A stretch of 48,688 nucleotides of DNA, the filler included, from Sphacelaria rigidula (Eukaryota): assembly GCA_964200075.2 (NCBI GenBank). It is 3 parts of 3 records of this genome, joined end to end, with 100 filler letters (N's around TTAATTAATTAA, not from the genome) between each part and the next. Parts side by side here need not be neighbours in the genome. Positions count along the whole stretch, not along the records: positions 1 to 16,170 come from CAXNAA020001456.1; 2 more parts are not named here. The stretch is one strand, 5' to 3'. The notes beneath the pieces were generated by a model. That model saw only the letters and a list, made by a program, of their open reading frames with translations, had not been told where the DNA came from and did no database searches. A program made the position numbers and the translations under genes. Below, piece after piece: positions 1-12,900 of this stretch. The number at the start of each line of letters is the position of its first letter. The stretch's first letter is position 1.

Positions 1-26
1 TGTTGTTTTTTTTGTGTTTTTTTTTG

Positions 27-102
<76 letters not shown>
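1..102. repeat. (TGT)n microsatellite at contig start
   Basis: Near-perfect TGT run (about 26-102) preceded by T-rich degenerate units. Confidence 0.95.
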
Positions 103-260
103 ATCGCTTCCCCCTTTCTTTCTTTTCTGAGGTCGTTGCTTCTGTCGTTTTCTTCCTTCCTTTCTTTCTTTCTATTATTTTTTCTGTTCTATTTTTGCTC
201 CTGACCACGGGCTGGATTGTTGCCATCAGCTAATGTGAGATAATTAATCAAATCAATCAA
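103..260 (+). mobile_element. 3' end of a non-LTR retroelement with (ATCA)n-like tail
   Basis: T-rich region, then GACCACGG...TCAG...ATGTGA, then aatcaaatcaatcaa. The same terminal architecture recurs at about 33815, 42538 and 47506. Confidence 0.55.
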
Positions 261-990
261 CTGTGTCATAGGCCTTCTGCACGTCCAGAAAGAAACAGTA
301 CGTTGTCAGCGCGGTGTATTCCTCCTACCCTGAATAATCTTACTGAGTGTGTGCACATGATTTACGCAACTACGGTTTGGTCCAAAACCTGCTTATCCCT
401 CGCTGATTGTTTTGATTTTCTCCAGCATCGTTCCTTCTCTATCATTCAGAATCTTACAGAATATTTTCCCCATCATGCTCAGTAGCTTTGTCCCTCTATA
501 GTTCCTTGGGCCAGCCTCGTCTCCTTTCTTGAAAAGATTGCCGACTACTCCTGCTCTCCACCTGTTGGGTGTGTGCTCGCTTTCCCAGATCCAGGTATGT
601 ATACAGTATAACCATCACGGCAATGATTCCCTCCTCCCCCATGCTCCAGAAATCCATTTACTATTCCGTCTGCCCCTGTTGCCGTTGTGTTCTTGAGTTT
701 AGCTACTACGCACTCCTTTACTTCATCTCTGGTAAACTCTCTCGGCAATTCTGTCGAGTCACTTTTCTCCCGTTTCGACGTCTCTACATTTGCCTCTGCC
801 CACGCGCTGATTTCTTTTTCAAATTCCTTTCAAACTTTGTGTTATTAATAGCTTTCGGTCTTTCTTGTTTACGATAGTGCTCGACTAGCACTTCTTTTCG
901 CCCCTTCGAACTGCTGACCATTTTGCCGTTCTGTGCCCGGAGTGTGACTATCCTGTTGTCTATTTTTTGCCACGTTTCCCTTAATCCCTT
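261..990 (-). mobile_element. Degenerate LINE ORF2 fragment (pre-RT region and RT N-terminal domains)
   Basis: Minus-strand translation with frameshifts gives LRAQNGKMVSSSKGRKEVLVEHYRK...EFTRDEVKECVVAKLKNTTATGADGIVNGFL...LTTYCFFLDVQKAYDT. These match the typical LINE RT motifs (K..G.D.I..EFL and FLD..KAYD.V). Confidence 0.9.
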
Positions 991-3900
991 TTAGTGAACA
1001 TCGCATGTCCATCCGCTTGTCCACTACATCCTAGAGGGGAAACATGTACTGTACCGTAGCAGCTCTGCGCAAACCAACGGGAACCTTCTGACTGAGAAGT
1101 GGTCCAATGTGACGGCGAAAATCACAAAACAACTGATGCATTGGACGCCATGACATGCCAACCCTCACGGATTACGTTCACCATAGCCGATACTCGAGCA
1201 TACATTCTCGGCCGCCCCCCCCCTCTCGAGTGCTTCTCTCCGTCCGTCAGACCTGAATCGGCAGGTGAGATTAGTTTGTGTTCATCCAGGTCTATGACTG
1301 CAGTTTCGAAACGTAATACGTCGCACACGTTTCACCAAACTACTCACCCTGTTGGTCTACTATAGTACTTCATGTACAGTTCAGAGCATGCATCTTGTTC
1401 ACCACATGCCGAAGTAGTTGGTATGTATAAATCCTGGCGAGGTCAGTCCTCTTTTGCCATCCCCGTTCGAGCCAGTAACTTTTATCGCCCAGGGAGCTCA
1501 TATCAAGCCTCGAACTACTGATGGACTATCTTGTGTATTGCGTACCCCTTCACTCTTGCCGCTCAACAATGCGAAGAAGATATTGTTCCGAAACTTGAAG
1601 CGGACGGCGCGGTGATAGCTACGAGGCATTTCTACCCTGTCTGTGTACGAACTCAAGCCAAGACGAAAGCGCGTATGGCGACGTGTTCAACGCACACAAG
1701 TTAGTTCCAGGAGTGATGTCGCTTCCGCAGGAGCAACTTGCTAAAAAAACGATTCTGCAGTAGGCTCGGGGGTGGTAGAGGGAGTGATACCGTAGTGTTA
1801 GCGTTTATACTCGGAACAGTTTCACAAGCTTACAGTCCGGGAATATCCGGGGGGTTTCAGGGTGCAGCGGGCGGAGGTGCTGTTCGCAGAATAGCCGAAA
1901 CGCTCACCAGATCACCCATGCGTATTGGGAAGTCTTCCATGCAAAATTCTTAGCCGGCAGCGAGGCCCAAGGAGGGCGGAATTGAGAGCTGTGATTGGTC
2001 AGTATCGCGATTTGTTCCTCTACACATGGAGTAAGGATGACTCACCTCGCGTGCTAGGCGCATTTATCATTTCGGTCATGACAATCCAACCATTAGTAAT
2101 ATGGACACAAACCACGTGTTCTTTACTCTGCTGGTTGTCTTCGGCACCTGCTGGATCTATCTTTTTCCCGCCTGCGTAGCTTCACACTGAAGTGTGTTGT
2201 GGACCGAGGTAAAGACCATCAGCAGCGTGCAGTAGACTGTGTTGGGTGTAGAGCGATGGCACGCTCACTGTTTCTTGCCGTTGTATCTGGCGAAGAGATA
2301 CAGCACACATACTTCATACTTCTGACTTTGCACTCACTTCACTGCAGGGTGAAAACCCATCAAGGGCTCTCGACACTGTTTTCGACATCTATGCCCAGCA
2401 TCCACGTGTTCCATGGTAAAAAGGCGTTTTGTGTTGTAGCGAACAAACAGCTGCTCTGAACCCAAAATGTGGCATAGACCATCTGAGTCCGTTCGAGGGG
2501 AGCTCGTAGGCTCAGAGTTGGTCCTTTTAGGCCCCAGCCTCACGAAGAACCAAAACGTGATTTACTGGCTGGTAGTTAGTGCCGAGAATGACGCACATAT
2601 TCAAAACCAACCACGCGGGTTGTGCAGTCTCAACCAGATGGATTCATTCCATGCGCAACTCACAGGTCACAGTTAACACTATAGCAGTACGGTACAACAT
2701 CAGGAAATGCTGTAGTAATTGGGCCTTCAAAAATGTCGGGGCTGTTCGACGACACCATTCCGGCCATAGAGAAGTTTTCTATATTCCCTCTTTCTTGAGA
2801 TGCTGTACCTGAATGCGGTTAATTTTACTCTCCACCCTTTTGATGGATAAGTTGTGCGTTCAGGCGGCGCCCTCCCTGTTTAGACGCTACACACTCCAGT
2901 GCCATTCCTGTTCCAAATCATGGAAGCATTCGTGTCGTAGACGTGTACGTTCCAGTGGATCGGGTCATGTTCCGCAGTTTCAATTCCCGCGTGCCCAGAG
3001 AGGAGGTGATCGTGGGAAGAGGGGTGGGCACTGTCAGTTTCAGCAAGTGGCTTCAGGGGCGATGCTCCACGGTGGAGAAGGCCGCATCACGCACGACATC
3101 TGTCACAGCACATATCGTAAGCGATTGCCGCTGGAAAGATGTGTATTTACGCTAGAACCGGGCGAAGTCAGTGCAGGTTTCTCCAGATGCCGGCCCCACC
3201 CTGTGCGCATCGGTCTCGAATACACACATACATGGAATATACTGCTTGCTGTCTGTGTTTGCTGCTGCGTACCAACCGATGCGTACCAACCGACACCTTG
3301 GGTGGTACCACCTGCTCACTGCACAGCGGCAGGGTGCAGGGTGACATAGCACACGGCAGAACGTCACATCCTTAGCCTATCGTTACGCTGCATTGATTCC
3401 CCGCTGTCGTGTGCAGCTCGCCACGACACGAACGCAAACGCGTGAGATGCGGCCAACGTGTACGTGGGATATCACCCCTTGCGGCGCGCTCTATCGCTAC
3501 GCTACATTTTTTACAGCTGTTCGTGTTGCAGCTAAGCGTGCGTCTGCCCTAGGTGGCGCACGCAGGAGTGAAAAACCGTCTCCGCCAATCTAATGGTTGC
3601 CCTTATCTTGGGGGAAGCTGTATGACAACGTAGCCGCTAATTCGCGAAATCCGCCTGTCACATTTCACATCGCGGAGATTTTCACCCACTGGTGTCTAAA
3701 TGTAGCGTGCAGTTACCGAGTACAAGTACGCGTATTACACAAATTACAGTAGGCAATATATTTCAAACTGAGCGCAGTAATATTTTTTCAACATTGTGTA
3801 CGTACTGACTATAGAAATCTTTGTTCACGGTGCGGTACATCCCCACGTATACTGTTACTCGGAGAGATCGTGAACAAATCCGCAACATATGGGCGACGTT

Positions 3901-5682
3901 CAAGTGGGGCAATCGCCAACATTTTCACGTGCACACTCTGGCCTAGTGAACTGTAAGTTGATATCGCTAGAAAAACACTACGATAACCACCTTGCCGGCT
4001 GCCAGACTGTCAGCACTTTTAGTACACTAGCACTGCTACTGTCTGTACGGGGAGGTTGCCCCCCTGTCGGGTACGCCGGCAAGGGTCCGTGGCAGAAAGA
4101 AGTGGTCGCGCGAGAGAAGCTTAACCTTGACCTGTCGAGCGACTTGGACCGGGAACGGTCAGGCCCCGACCGTCACACATATGATGCAGCCTAAAATGCC
4201 GCTCCTTTGCTGGGTTCCTGCGAGCGTTTTCATCCCTAACTGGGCGAGGGTTGACGTTGACGCCGGCAGGATTTGTTGTGGCCTGCAAGCCCGACCGATA
4301 CCGTACCCACGATATTCGTCATCGGATAGGGAGTACTCAAAACAAATTCACACGCACACATCGCTGATATCCACCTCCATGGAGTGTCCAGACCAACCCG
4401 CAAATAGAGGGGACTGGGGCGGAGACTTTGGAAGAGAGGTCTGATGCGGAGCAAGTTCGGTTCGGTGTGGGCGTGGCGTGTGTGTGTGCGTTTTTTGCTG
4501 CCGTTGATTTTCTTACGGAGTAGCTTGAGATGTTTTGGTGCGTGTGCGCGTGTGCGTGCAGATGTGTTTGTCATCCGATCCTTGTGATTTGATTGGCGTG
4601 CTCGATTTGTCCATCAGTAAGATCTGGGATACTTTTTGAAAAAAAATGTTTTTCTACGTTTTGAGCTCGGTTGGCATTTGTGAACAGTTGCCGCAAAGCC
4701 ACGCAGCATCGCACCGCACAATACCCTACTGTAGATTCATATGCCAGTCTGCATCTCACCTCAGCACGTACAGACGTCTCTCCCAGCATGAAGTCAGGGC
4801 ATCAAGCGAAATGTACTCCGAAAGGACCCAGGTCATTCAAACACTGTTCCCGTGTCTTGTTTGCCTCTCGGTGAAATTACTTGATTGTTGCATGAACTCG
4901 ACCGTTCTCCGAGAAACCTAAGCGGTCTCCGAGAAAAATGAATTTTCGGCCAGGGAAAAAACCACGACCACCGGAAAAACTAGCAGGTGTGCTGGAACCG
5001 CCTCAACGAGTACAGCAAGGCATTCCAGGATGTCAAAATTCCCCTAGCTCCCATTTAGAGCGTAAAACGACGCAGAATATCCGGAAATGCAGTTTTCCAG
5101 TTTGATATGTTAGCTCGCCACAAGAAGCGGCCTCACGACCCTCAACGCACACCTTTTCTCCCCGTGATTCATACCAGATGGCTTTTTGGTGCATGATACA
5201 CGTTTCACATTCATGGGGGTTCATTTCGTGTGAACGCTGATACTTCCAACCCGTGAAAATATAGCGTAACGTACAGGTAACAATGACGTCATTGCAAAAC
5301 GTTCGACATATCTGCCGAAAAATAAAAACACGGCGGCAGAAGTTGTGTTACCTTGCAAATGCCGGCACGTCAAACCGTACTCGCTTGGCGTGAGTGCACA
5401 GCCCGCATCCAACTCTGACTTTATAGTGCTTTGCTGGCTCTACAACGTATGAGGAGAGATGGCCGACAGAAGAAGCCCCCCAACGGATAAACAAATTACA
5501 TGGCACTTGCCGTATGCGCAACATATTTGAAAAGCATACGCCGAAAGTGCCCCCCAGTACGAGGCCCACAGGACTTGGATCCGCCGGTAAGAGAAGCAGT
5601 GCAGCCAGATTGTTGGCTCGTGCCGAGCAATTCCCGCGATCGACTGAACCGTTGTACAACATGGCCTAGGACATCATGCCAA

Positions 5683-6534
5683 GGCTACATTTCGTGTATA
5701 AAATAACGAACTATGAAAAAACGCGTTTTGTGATAAACGGCTACAAAACTGCTTCTCGTGTGATCAGAAAACGCGTTTTTTATAGAATGTTTTCTGATAA
5801 CATTTTTCGATAGCTCAAAGTGATGAGAACATCCTGATATTCCCACAGCTTTGGGCTATCGTGGAAATTTTGCTGAAAAAGCTCTTGGAATTCCGCAGCT
5901 CATCAACGCCACATCCCTGTTCACCTCACAATGTCTCCGATGTTGGCTTGGCTGCCAGCATCACTGCCGCTGCTGTTGCTCGCGGCCAGCCAGCGTGTTG
6001 CTCCCTCGTCTTTGCCCGCCAGTAGCGTGACGGCCCTCTACCCCAGCAGAGGGCGGGGTCGATGACCAATACATCCATACGATTATGCGCTCCGTACAGT
6101 AGGTGAATTTGTAACGCAGCTTGGCTCTGTGCATGCAGCGTGCTGCCACCAGCAGTCGCATTGCAGTACAGACTGTTCATGCACCCAAGTCTGGTAGAGA
6201 CGTAAACGGCAGTGCTGCAGCCAGTAATGGCATCGAGGCGGTGCGAATATTGAGAGTTTTGCATCATGCAGACCATGTACTGCTCTGTCAGCATTACACT
6301 GCTGTACAGTACGGACCGTACATGACGACACAACAGCAAAGCTGTCTCTCACGCTCCAGATTCGAAAAATTTCTCCACACGTCTTGTAGAAGATGACGAG
6401 AACTGATCTTCTGATTTTCGATCACGTCCGCATGATATAAAAAAGGAGTACTTGGAAGAATAATCCGTTGAAAAACGGTTCATTAGGAAACGACTTTTTT
6501 GATATGGTGTTTTTTGAAAAAATAAGAAGTAGCC
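5683..6534. mobile_element. Non-autonomous TIR DNA transposon (PIF/Harbinger-like ends)
   Basis: Left end aaGGCTACatttcgtgtataaaataacgaactatgaaaaaacgcgttt versus reverse complement of right end aaGGCTACttcttattttttcaaaaaacaccatatcaaaaaagtcgttt: an imperfect TIR of about 50 bp. No clean TSD. Confidence 0.5.
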
Positions 6535-7937
6535 TTAGGCCAGTACATTAATAGTTTTTGTTCATTCTGTCGGACGTGTAGAAAATGTGAACATGGCAAC
6601 GGGAACTCGTGGAATTTGTAAGTGAAGTAGCACTGACTCTGTATTGCGTCTTTTCACGAAAACAGTGATATTGTAATGACTTTTCCTCACCGCAACGACG
6701 AAGAAAAAAGCCCTACTGCCGAAGCGCGAAGGGGGTGTGCGAGGTCCACACACGTGTCGCTCATCTTCAGATGCACAACAATCTATGGCGCTTTTCGGGA
6801 ATCCCTCACATCCTTCCTCGAAGATGAACTGGAGCGAATTTGAAACCCGCTGAGTGCAACTCCCTCACCTTGGAACATAATGGAACATATTGTCTTCCAT
6901 CACGTGTTTTATCGACGGGGGACGAGTTTGAGCTTCAGTGAGCGAGACTCATTGAGTTGGCAATAAACTGAACGCAGTGGACTTAAGTGGATGATGCTTT
7001 TTGCAGGCGGGTGTGAGTGGTCACGAGTCTTCAAGCGGTCGATGGTCATACATCTCGGCACTGGCGAAAAAACCTGTGAAAACATGCTCGCAGCGCTGCA
7101 GCACGGAATATCCCGAGCCTCGAGCCTGATTTCAAAACTGTGACGAAACAGAATATGTATGCCCGACCAGGAACTTGAGTTCGAATTTGGAAAGAAGACA
7201 AGGTGCATACGAAGGACACACAGTGAAGTGAACCAGACGTCAATATCGCGTTCGTGAGGGAAATGGCCATTCCCATGACTAAGCTCAGTCCTCACCCAAG
7301 GAGAGGAAAGTCGTGAACCCTCGAGTTAAGGACGTTTGTAGGTGCCCAAGTGTCGAAGATATCTCTTTGAGCGTGGCTGCTTGTGTGTGTCAGATTACGA
7401 GTCTACGGGCTCGAATTCCTCGCCTCGAAATGGGCTGGAACGAAGGTGAAATCCAAGGCGTACACCATCCTCACGTGAAGATGAAGTAGATCGACGTTTG
7501 TGTCTGCTAGTTATGCCGACATGTTCAAAATGCCGTGCTTCATGTAGTGGGGATGACCATCTAGCGTGTTCCGCCTTCACTTGGAAACAAAGACTAGAAC
7601 AGTATTCTCATACGCCGAGTACACAAATAAATGTGTGGGGTGGTCCTGGCAGTAGTAGTATTTTGTTGAGCACGTTTGCGTGAGTGAAAGGAAGAATCCT
7701 CGAGAGGAAACATACCGACGTACATACCAACTCTCGACTAGACACGGACAGCCATCCGCCACACAGGCATGTATGCTCCTGGTTCTTTATCGCCCACCCC
7801 CTCCCCGCCCGAGTCACTTTGAAGGCCTTGGATGTGGACCTCACATTCGCTTCTAGACACCCCCAAATGTACCCTGCCTCGCCTGCCTTACGCTAGGCGG
7901 AGGGGGAAGACTTTCTGTCCTGCGGAGCCCCCTACAT

Positions 7938-8290
7938 GGTTTGTTGTCGTTCCATCTGTTCTGAACGCCGGTCTACACCTTTCGATATATGTGGGCGAAC
8001 CAGCCGGGGTCACACAAGAGGAAGGCCAACACAGGAGTCTTTTCTATTTTGATTGTTTTTAGAACTCCACGTTCCTTCTACGGTGCATGCCGTTTTTTTT
8101 ATCGCGAGAGGGGTAACCAATCCCTTCCCCTCGTCGACCATAAAGTAGAATTTTGTGTATCCACGACATAAACGCTCTCCACTGTTGGATATTGTTTGAG
8201 GAAAAATCCCACATCGCTCAGAGATTTGAACCCACGGCCCAGCCGTCAGGAGGTTTGGAGGTTACCAACTGAGCCACCGAGGTGACCGGC
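7938..8290 (-). mobile_element. tRNA-derived SINE, full-length copy
   Basis: Minus strand starts GCCGGTCACCTCGGTGGCTCAGTTGG (box A) followed by GGGTTCAAATC (box B). The body is shared with three other copies (core gccggggtcacaca.gag.a.gg.caacacagg) and ends in a CAA-rich tail. Confidence 0.85.
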
Positions 8291-9157
8291 ATCATTGGCA
8301 TGTACCGTTCCTAACATATGTCGACAACCCGCGGGGTGACACATTTTGTTTGCCGAATAGTGTGGTGCAAGGTGCGGGTCGGCATATATCCTGCCAACAA
8401 TCTATGGGCCGATGCAAGCATGTAATACACTATGCTCATGTTGTTGGAGTCACGTTCACATTAAGAAAACATGTGCACGCTCACCCCATTTTTTTTTTTT
8501 TGTGTCCTAGTCTTCTCACGTCAATATTCAGGATTTCCTGTATCCCAAGATGGCTTGACACAGCTCGTGAACTTGGCAGGTGGCGAGGAATTTTTTTCAC
8601 CACATGCTGTATCGACGGAAAAATATATTTGTCCCTCAGGTAACGAGAACAGTAGTACCAGACCAAGATTCTCGTGCAGATCTTAAAAATAGTGGTGCCG
8701 ATGGCTACGCTCTTGCTTCGCGGTACTGGATTTATCTGTGCACGACTCTCGCCCTATCCCGGTGGCACACAGCCACCGTTATCAGCGGCTATCATGTCGA
8801 CTTTTCGCTCGCTTGCGCGTTGCTAGTTGGGATAACACGTTGCCCAGTGGTTTGCTGTGTCCTCGATCGCTCTTGTTTTCTCACCCGTCGCGTTCTACCC
8901 ATCTTACGGCAAAGATGAACACACGTACTACACGCAAACTCCTCCTGCACGCCGTATAGGAGGCAATCGCATACTTGGTATCATGTTCATGTGTTTCGCT
9001 TGGGAATAAAAAACGCTCACCACATGGGCTCTGCACGAAACGACGCTGGCTGCAGCAAAGCATATCATCCGTAGTCTTCATATATGTCAATATGCAAGCA
9101 CACAGAAGTATGAATTGTACACATGCCCATGTATTATCCCAGACGGTATGTAATTAT

Positions 9158-9922
9158 CACAGGCACCGTAGGTAAGGTAGGTACCCGCTACCGGTATGTG
9201 GGACATCTCATACCCTACCGATACCGGTCCAATTCGGCATTTTCAAATGTCATGCCTACGATACCTACGATACCAGGGTATTTCGACATTTCAATACCTA
9301 CCGTACCTGCCCAATCCGGTATTTTCATAACTCATTCCTACGATACCTACGCATACCACGGTATGGGATACCCCGGTAAATACCGGGAGTACGCTCGGTA
9401 CGGTACCTCACGTACGGTGCCTGTGAAAACTTCGACTGCCCAACTTGCACCCAGATCTGAAACGCTTTGCACTGCCAGATGACAGTTTTGATTCGGTATA
9501 GAGGGTAAGGCAGGCACCCGGTGCCGGTATTTGGAACATCTCATACCCTACCGATACCGGGCCAATCCGGTATTTGCGAAACCCATACCTACGATACCTA
9601 CGATACCAGGGTATTTCGAGATTTCAATACCTACCGTACCTGCCAAATCCGGTATCTTGAAATGTCATACCTACGATACCTACGATACCAGGGTATTGCG
9701 ATATTTCAATACCTACCGTACCCGCCGAATCCGGCATATTCAAAAGTCATACCTACGATACCTACGATACCAGGGTATTTCGAGATTTCAATACCTACCG
9801 TACCCGCCCAATCCGGTATTTTGAAATGTCATACCTACGATACCCACGCATACCACGGTATGGGATACCCCGGTAAACACCGGGGGTACGCTCGGTACGG
9901 TACCTCACGTACAGTGCCTGTG
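9158..9922. mobile_element. Composite MITE with CACAGG termini, 82-bp internal tandem units and a near-perfect 8-bp TSD
   Basis: TIR CACAGGCACCGTA at 9158, with complementary ends TACGGTGCCTGTG at 9425 and TACAGTGCCTGTG at 9922. 82-bp units start at 9586, 9668, 9750 and 9832. Flanks are gtaattat and gtgattat. Confidence 0.8.
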
Positions 9923-12900
9923 GTGATTATAGCTGCACAGCATGTGGCAGTTTGTCGTGTTGTGTGCCTATCTGTCTCCAAGCTCCCATCGTCATCGAGC
10001 AGCAGCATCCCGTGATGTACATACAGTACGTGCAGTGCCGCCGCATAGATGGGGCACTGCATATGGAAGCTACAGACGCGGAAACAGACAGTCCACGGCT
10101 GCAGTAGATTACTCAACAATGGGGAACAGATTCATATGATCATGTTCTGCACGAAGGGTACCCGAGAGTTTGTTCCAACACACCAAGACCCCAAAAGTTG
10201 AATGTGTCTTTTGGTGGGGAGATATCCGGCATATGCCGTGCCCCTCCCTTTGCGTCTCAAGTTATCGTCCAGCAAGTGGTCGGATACCACCAACCCCGAC
10301 AGCCTCAAAGGCTCTAGGTCATGAAGATAGAGATACCCCAGCGTTGTGGTTCATGTTCGGGAGCCGAGCCGTGGGGGAGCAGGGCGGCTCATCAGTTAGC
10401 TCTCGTCGGCAGCAAGAGAAGAAGTGCTTGTGACAATTTCCAGGGGGGTATCTCACCGATCAGATAGATCGAAATGGCAACTCAACCCCCCCTCCAGACA
10501 TGCCGCTAGAATCTGAAAAATCCTGGAAACGCATGGTTGATGCGGGAATCATTATCTGACGATCGAGGAACCTGCACACCACCCCGTGATACCCCTAGAC
10601 TGTCAACCGGCCATAGTTCGGAACTGTGCTGAAGGTCAAGAAGCGATCCCATATTGGTGCGCAGAGTTCGCTCCGATCCCGATCTGCACCCTCCACATCG
10701 CGCTACACTCGATGGTCCACGTGCTGTTTCCCGACAACTCCCGATTGTCTAAAAGTTGGATTTTCCCTTCGTGGGGTGGTATCTATAACATGTAATGAGA
10801 CGAAGAGAGGATGAATACCGCTCTGACACTGGTTAGTGCAGGTCTGGAGAAGTACAAATGGTGGGTGCCCGAAGTCGAAATTTTCCCCTCGGGGGAGGGG
10901 TGTGGGTGCAGGGATATCTAGAATTCCCGTGCCCGGGCACCCTTGCGCTGGCCAAGTCAAGCGCAGGTAGGTTTCACCGCCATGGATGGCCCAAGGTTGA
11001 ATGGACATTACATTTTTTGTTTTATCGTCGATTATGACGATGGTCGTTGAATGCGTCCGAGGACGACCGAACGTGTGTCACTCCCCTGGCAGCACGATAT
11101 GGTTTTAGTTTCATTGTCGTCCCGTCGAACGTCGCGTGAGGTTTCGTCCCCATCTATTCGATATTCATTGTTTTCGTTGAGGGATGGTCAGAGGAACTAC
11201 AGTGGTTCGTCATGGCGATAAAGTATCAAATATCCCACTTTTTCCCAAACCTACTGCAGTAATTCTGTCTGCACTTGCATAATGTATACGCCGTGCTCAT
11301 CGTTCAGCAGTACTAACCACCTCCAGCGGACCCAGTGGGGAGTGGTATAGCGACGTCCCAGTCGATGTTCATCCCGCCACCAGCTAGCACGGTGCACAAG
11401 TGGTGCTATACTGCCTTGCAGCAGCACTAGGCAGAGAAATCAGTCTTTGACAAACCGCGATGCATGTAAGTAAAAACTTCAAAACGTGATACGGACTTCA
11501 GACATTGGACCCTGCCCCGCGCCGCTATCGAGTCAAACAGCACGCCTGTCGGTGCTGCCGACTGCTGCTTGTGTGATGGGTGACTGTGCGCTGTCACTAC
11601 AGGAGTGGTTCCATCGTACGAGTGCACAGTGGTTTCTGAGGCTCTGCACTTCAGCAGCTTCTGAATGACATGCATCCAGTCCTCAGTGTGTAGCCTCAGA
11701 AAACGTCTGCGATCAAAAGTGCACCTCTACTTCACCATCGCTCACAACACTGCCCTGGTTATGTGTCTTGGCTACTCTTCTGTAGCCGCTTTCTCCCTCA
11801 GCCTGCGCTCCTTCTCGAATGAGCAAATTCATGCATCTGTTTCTGTGCAAGGCTGCTTCTGCAAAAGCCTGCCAATTCGGGCGTGCTCAGGGCCGTTAGT
11901 TATGAACGGACTCTATTTTCATACTTTCCCCCTCCATTCTCATCCATGATTTTGTGCTTTTCATCTAGTTTCATCAATTTTCATCTTGAATGGATGATGG
12001 TGTGGATGAAAATCGATGAAGAAGAGTGAAAAATAAAACCCGTCAAAAACAACCCGTAGTTACGTCAACGAGCAGGGGTGTGTGAAAGGAAGCAGTCAGT
12101 GCAGAGTGATCGTGACACACGAGCACGGTACTGTAACAGTGCACAGCCGCTTTCGTACAAACAAGAATTGGCAGCGGCGGGCAGCGTGCTGTTTGACGTA
12201 ATGGCGGCGTGCGGTGTTGACTGCAAGCCAGGGGCTGATCTCTTCATCCATAACTTCAAGGTTTGCCAAACTCGCACGACAGCTGGCCAGGGACTGTTTG
12301 GTGTGCTCAGTGTTATGGTGCACTGTACTGTAGCAGTGCTGCAAGCGCAATGCCCCCCGCTCGCTGGTGGTGGCATGCCTATCGCGTGGATGTCGCATAT
12401 CACTGCCGTCTGTTATCCGCCGAAGATTCGCGCTAGTGTAGCATGATGGGCTCGGCGGATGGCTTCAACACCCACATGACACACCCTGGCGGCCAATACT
12501 TTGAAGAAAGGAGCTGAGAGCACTTTTCACAAAACAACGAATCGCACAGTGGTCGCGGCAAAGGAGTGTGCGTCTGTCAACTGGTCCGCTTTGAATCTTC
12601 ACAATGCCGGGCCTCGTCGAGGCTTCGTCGAAGTACTCCGGATCCAATATTGTTTTGTTGCCACGACACTGTTGATTTTAATCTAAATCCTTAACGATAG
12701 CTTCAGCGTTAAAAGTAACCGGGCAAAGGCGCAATTTTTTACTCGTAGCCACAAACTGGGAGTGTTGGACGTAACGTTTAGCTGGCCACGCAGGACTCCG
12801 ATATGTGTTGTTCACACATGATGTGATTGCCGTAGGTGCACCTACACTCACTGTTTGAGCAATACACCCGATGCCAAACGATTGCAATATATTGACTGTA

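Noticed and set aside
8215..8290. tRNA gene (also 34205-34281)
   Set aside because: Boxes A and B are present but there is no convincing cloverleaf, and the sequence continues into a dispersed repeat body, so it is a SINE head.
9586..9860. Regularly spaced repeats resembling a CRISPR array
   Set aside because: The entire 82-bp unit repeats with no unique spacers, it lies inside a TIR element, and the context is eukaryotic with no cas genes.
11890..12724. TIR element (gggccgttagttatgaacg / cgttaaaagtaaccgggc)
   Set aside because: The inverted match is too short and degenerate, with no TSD.
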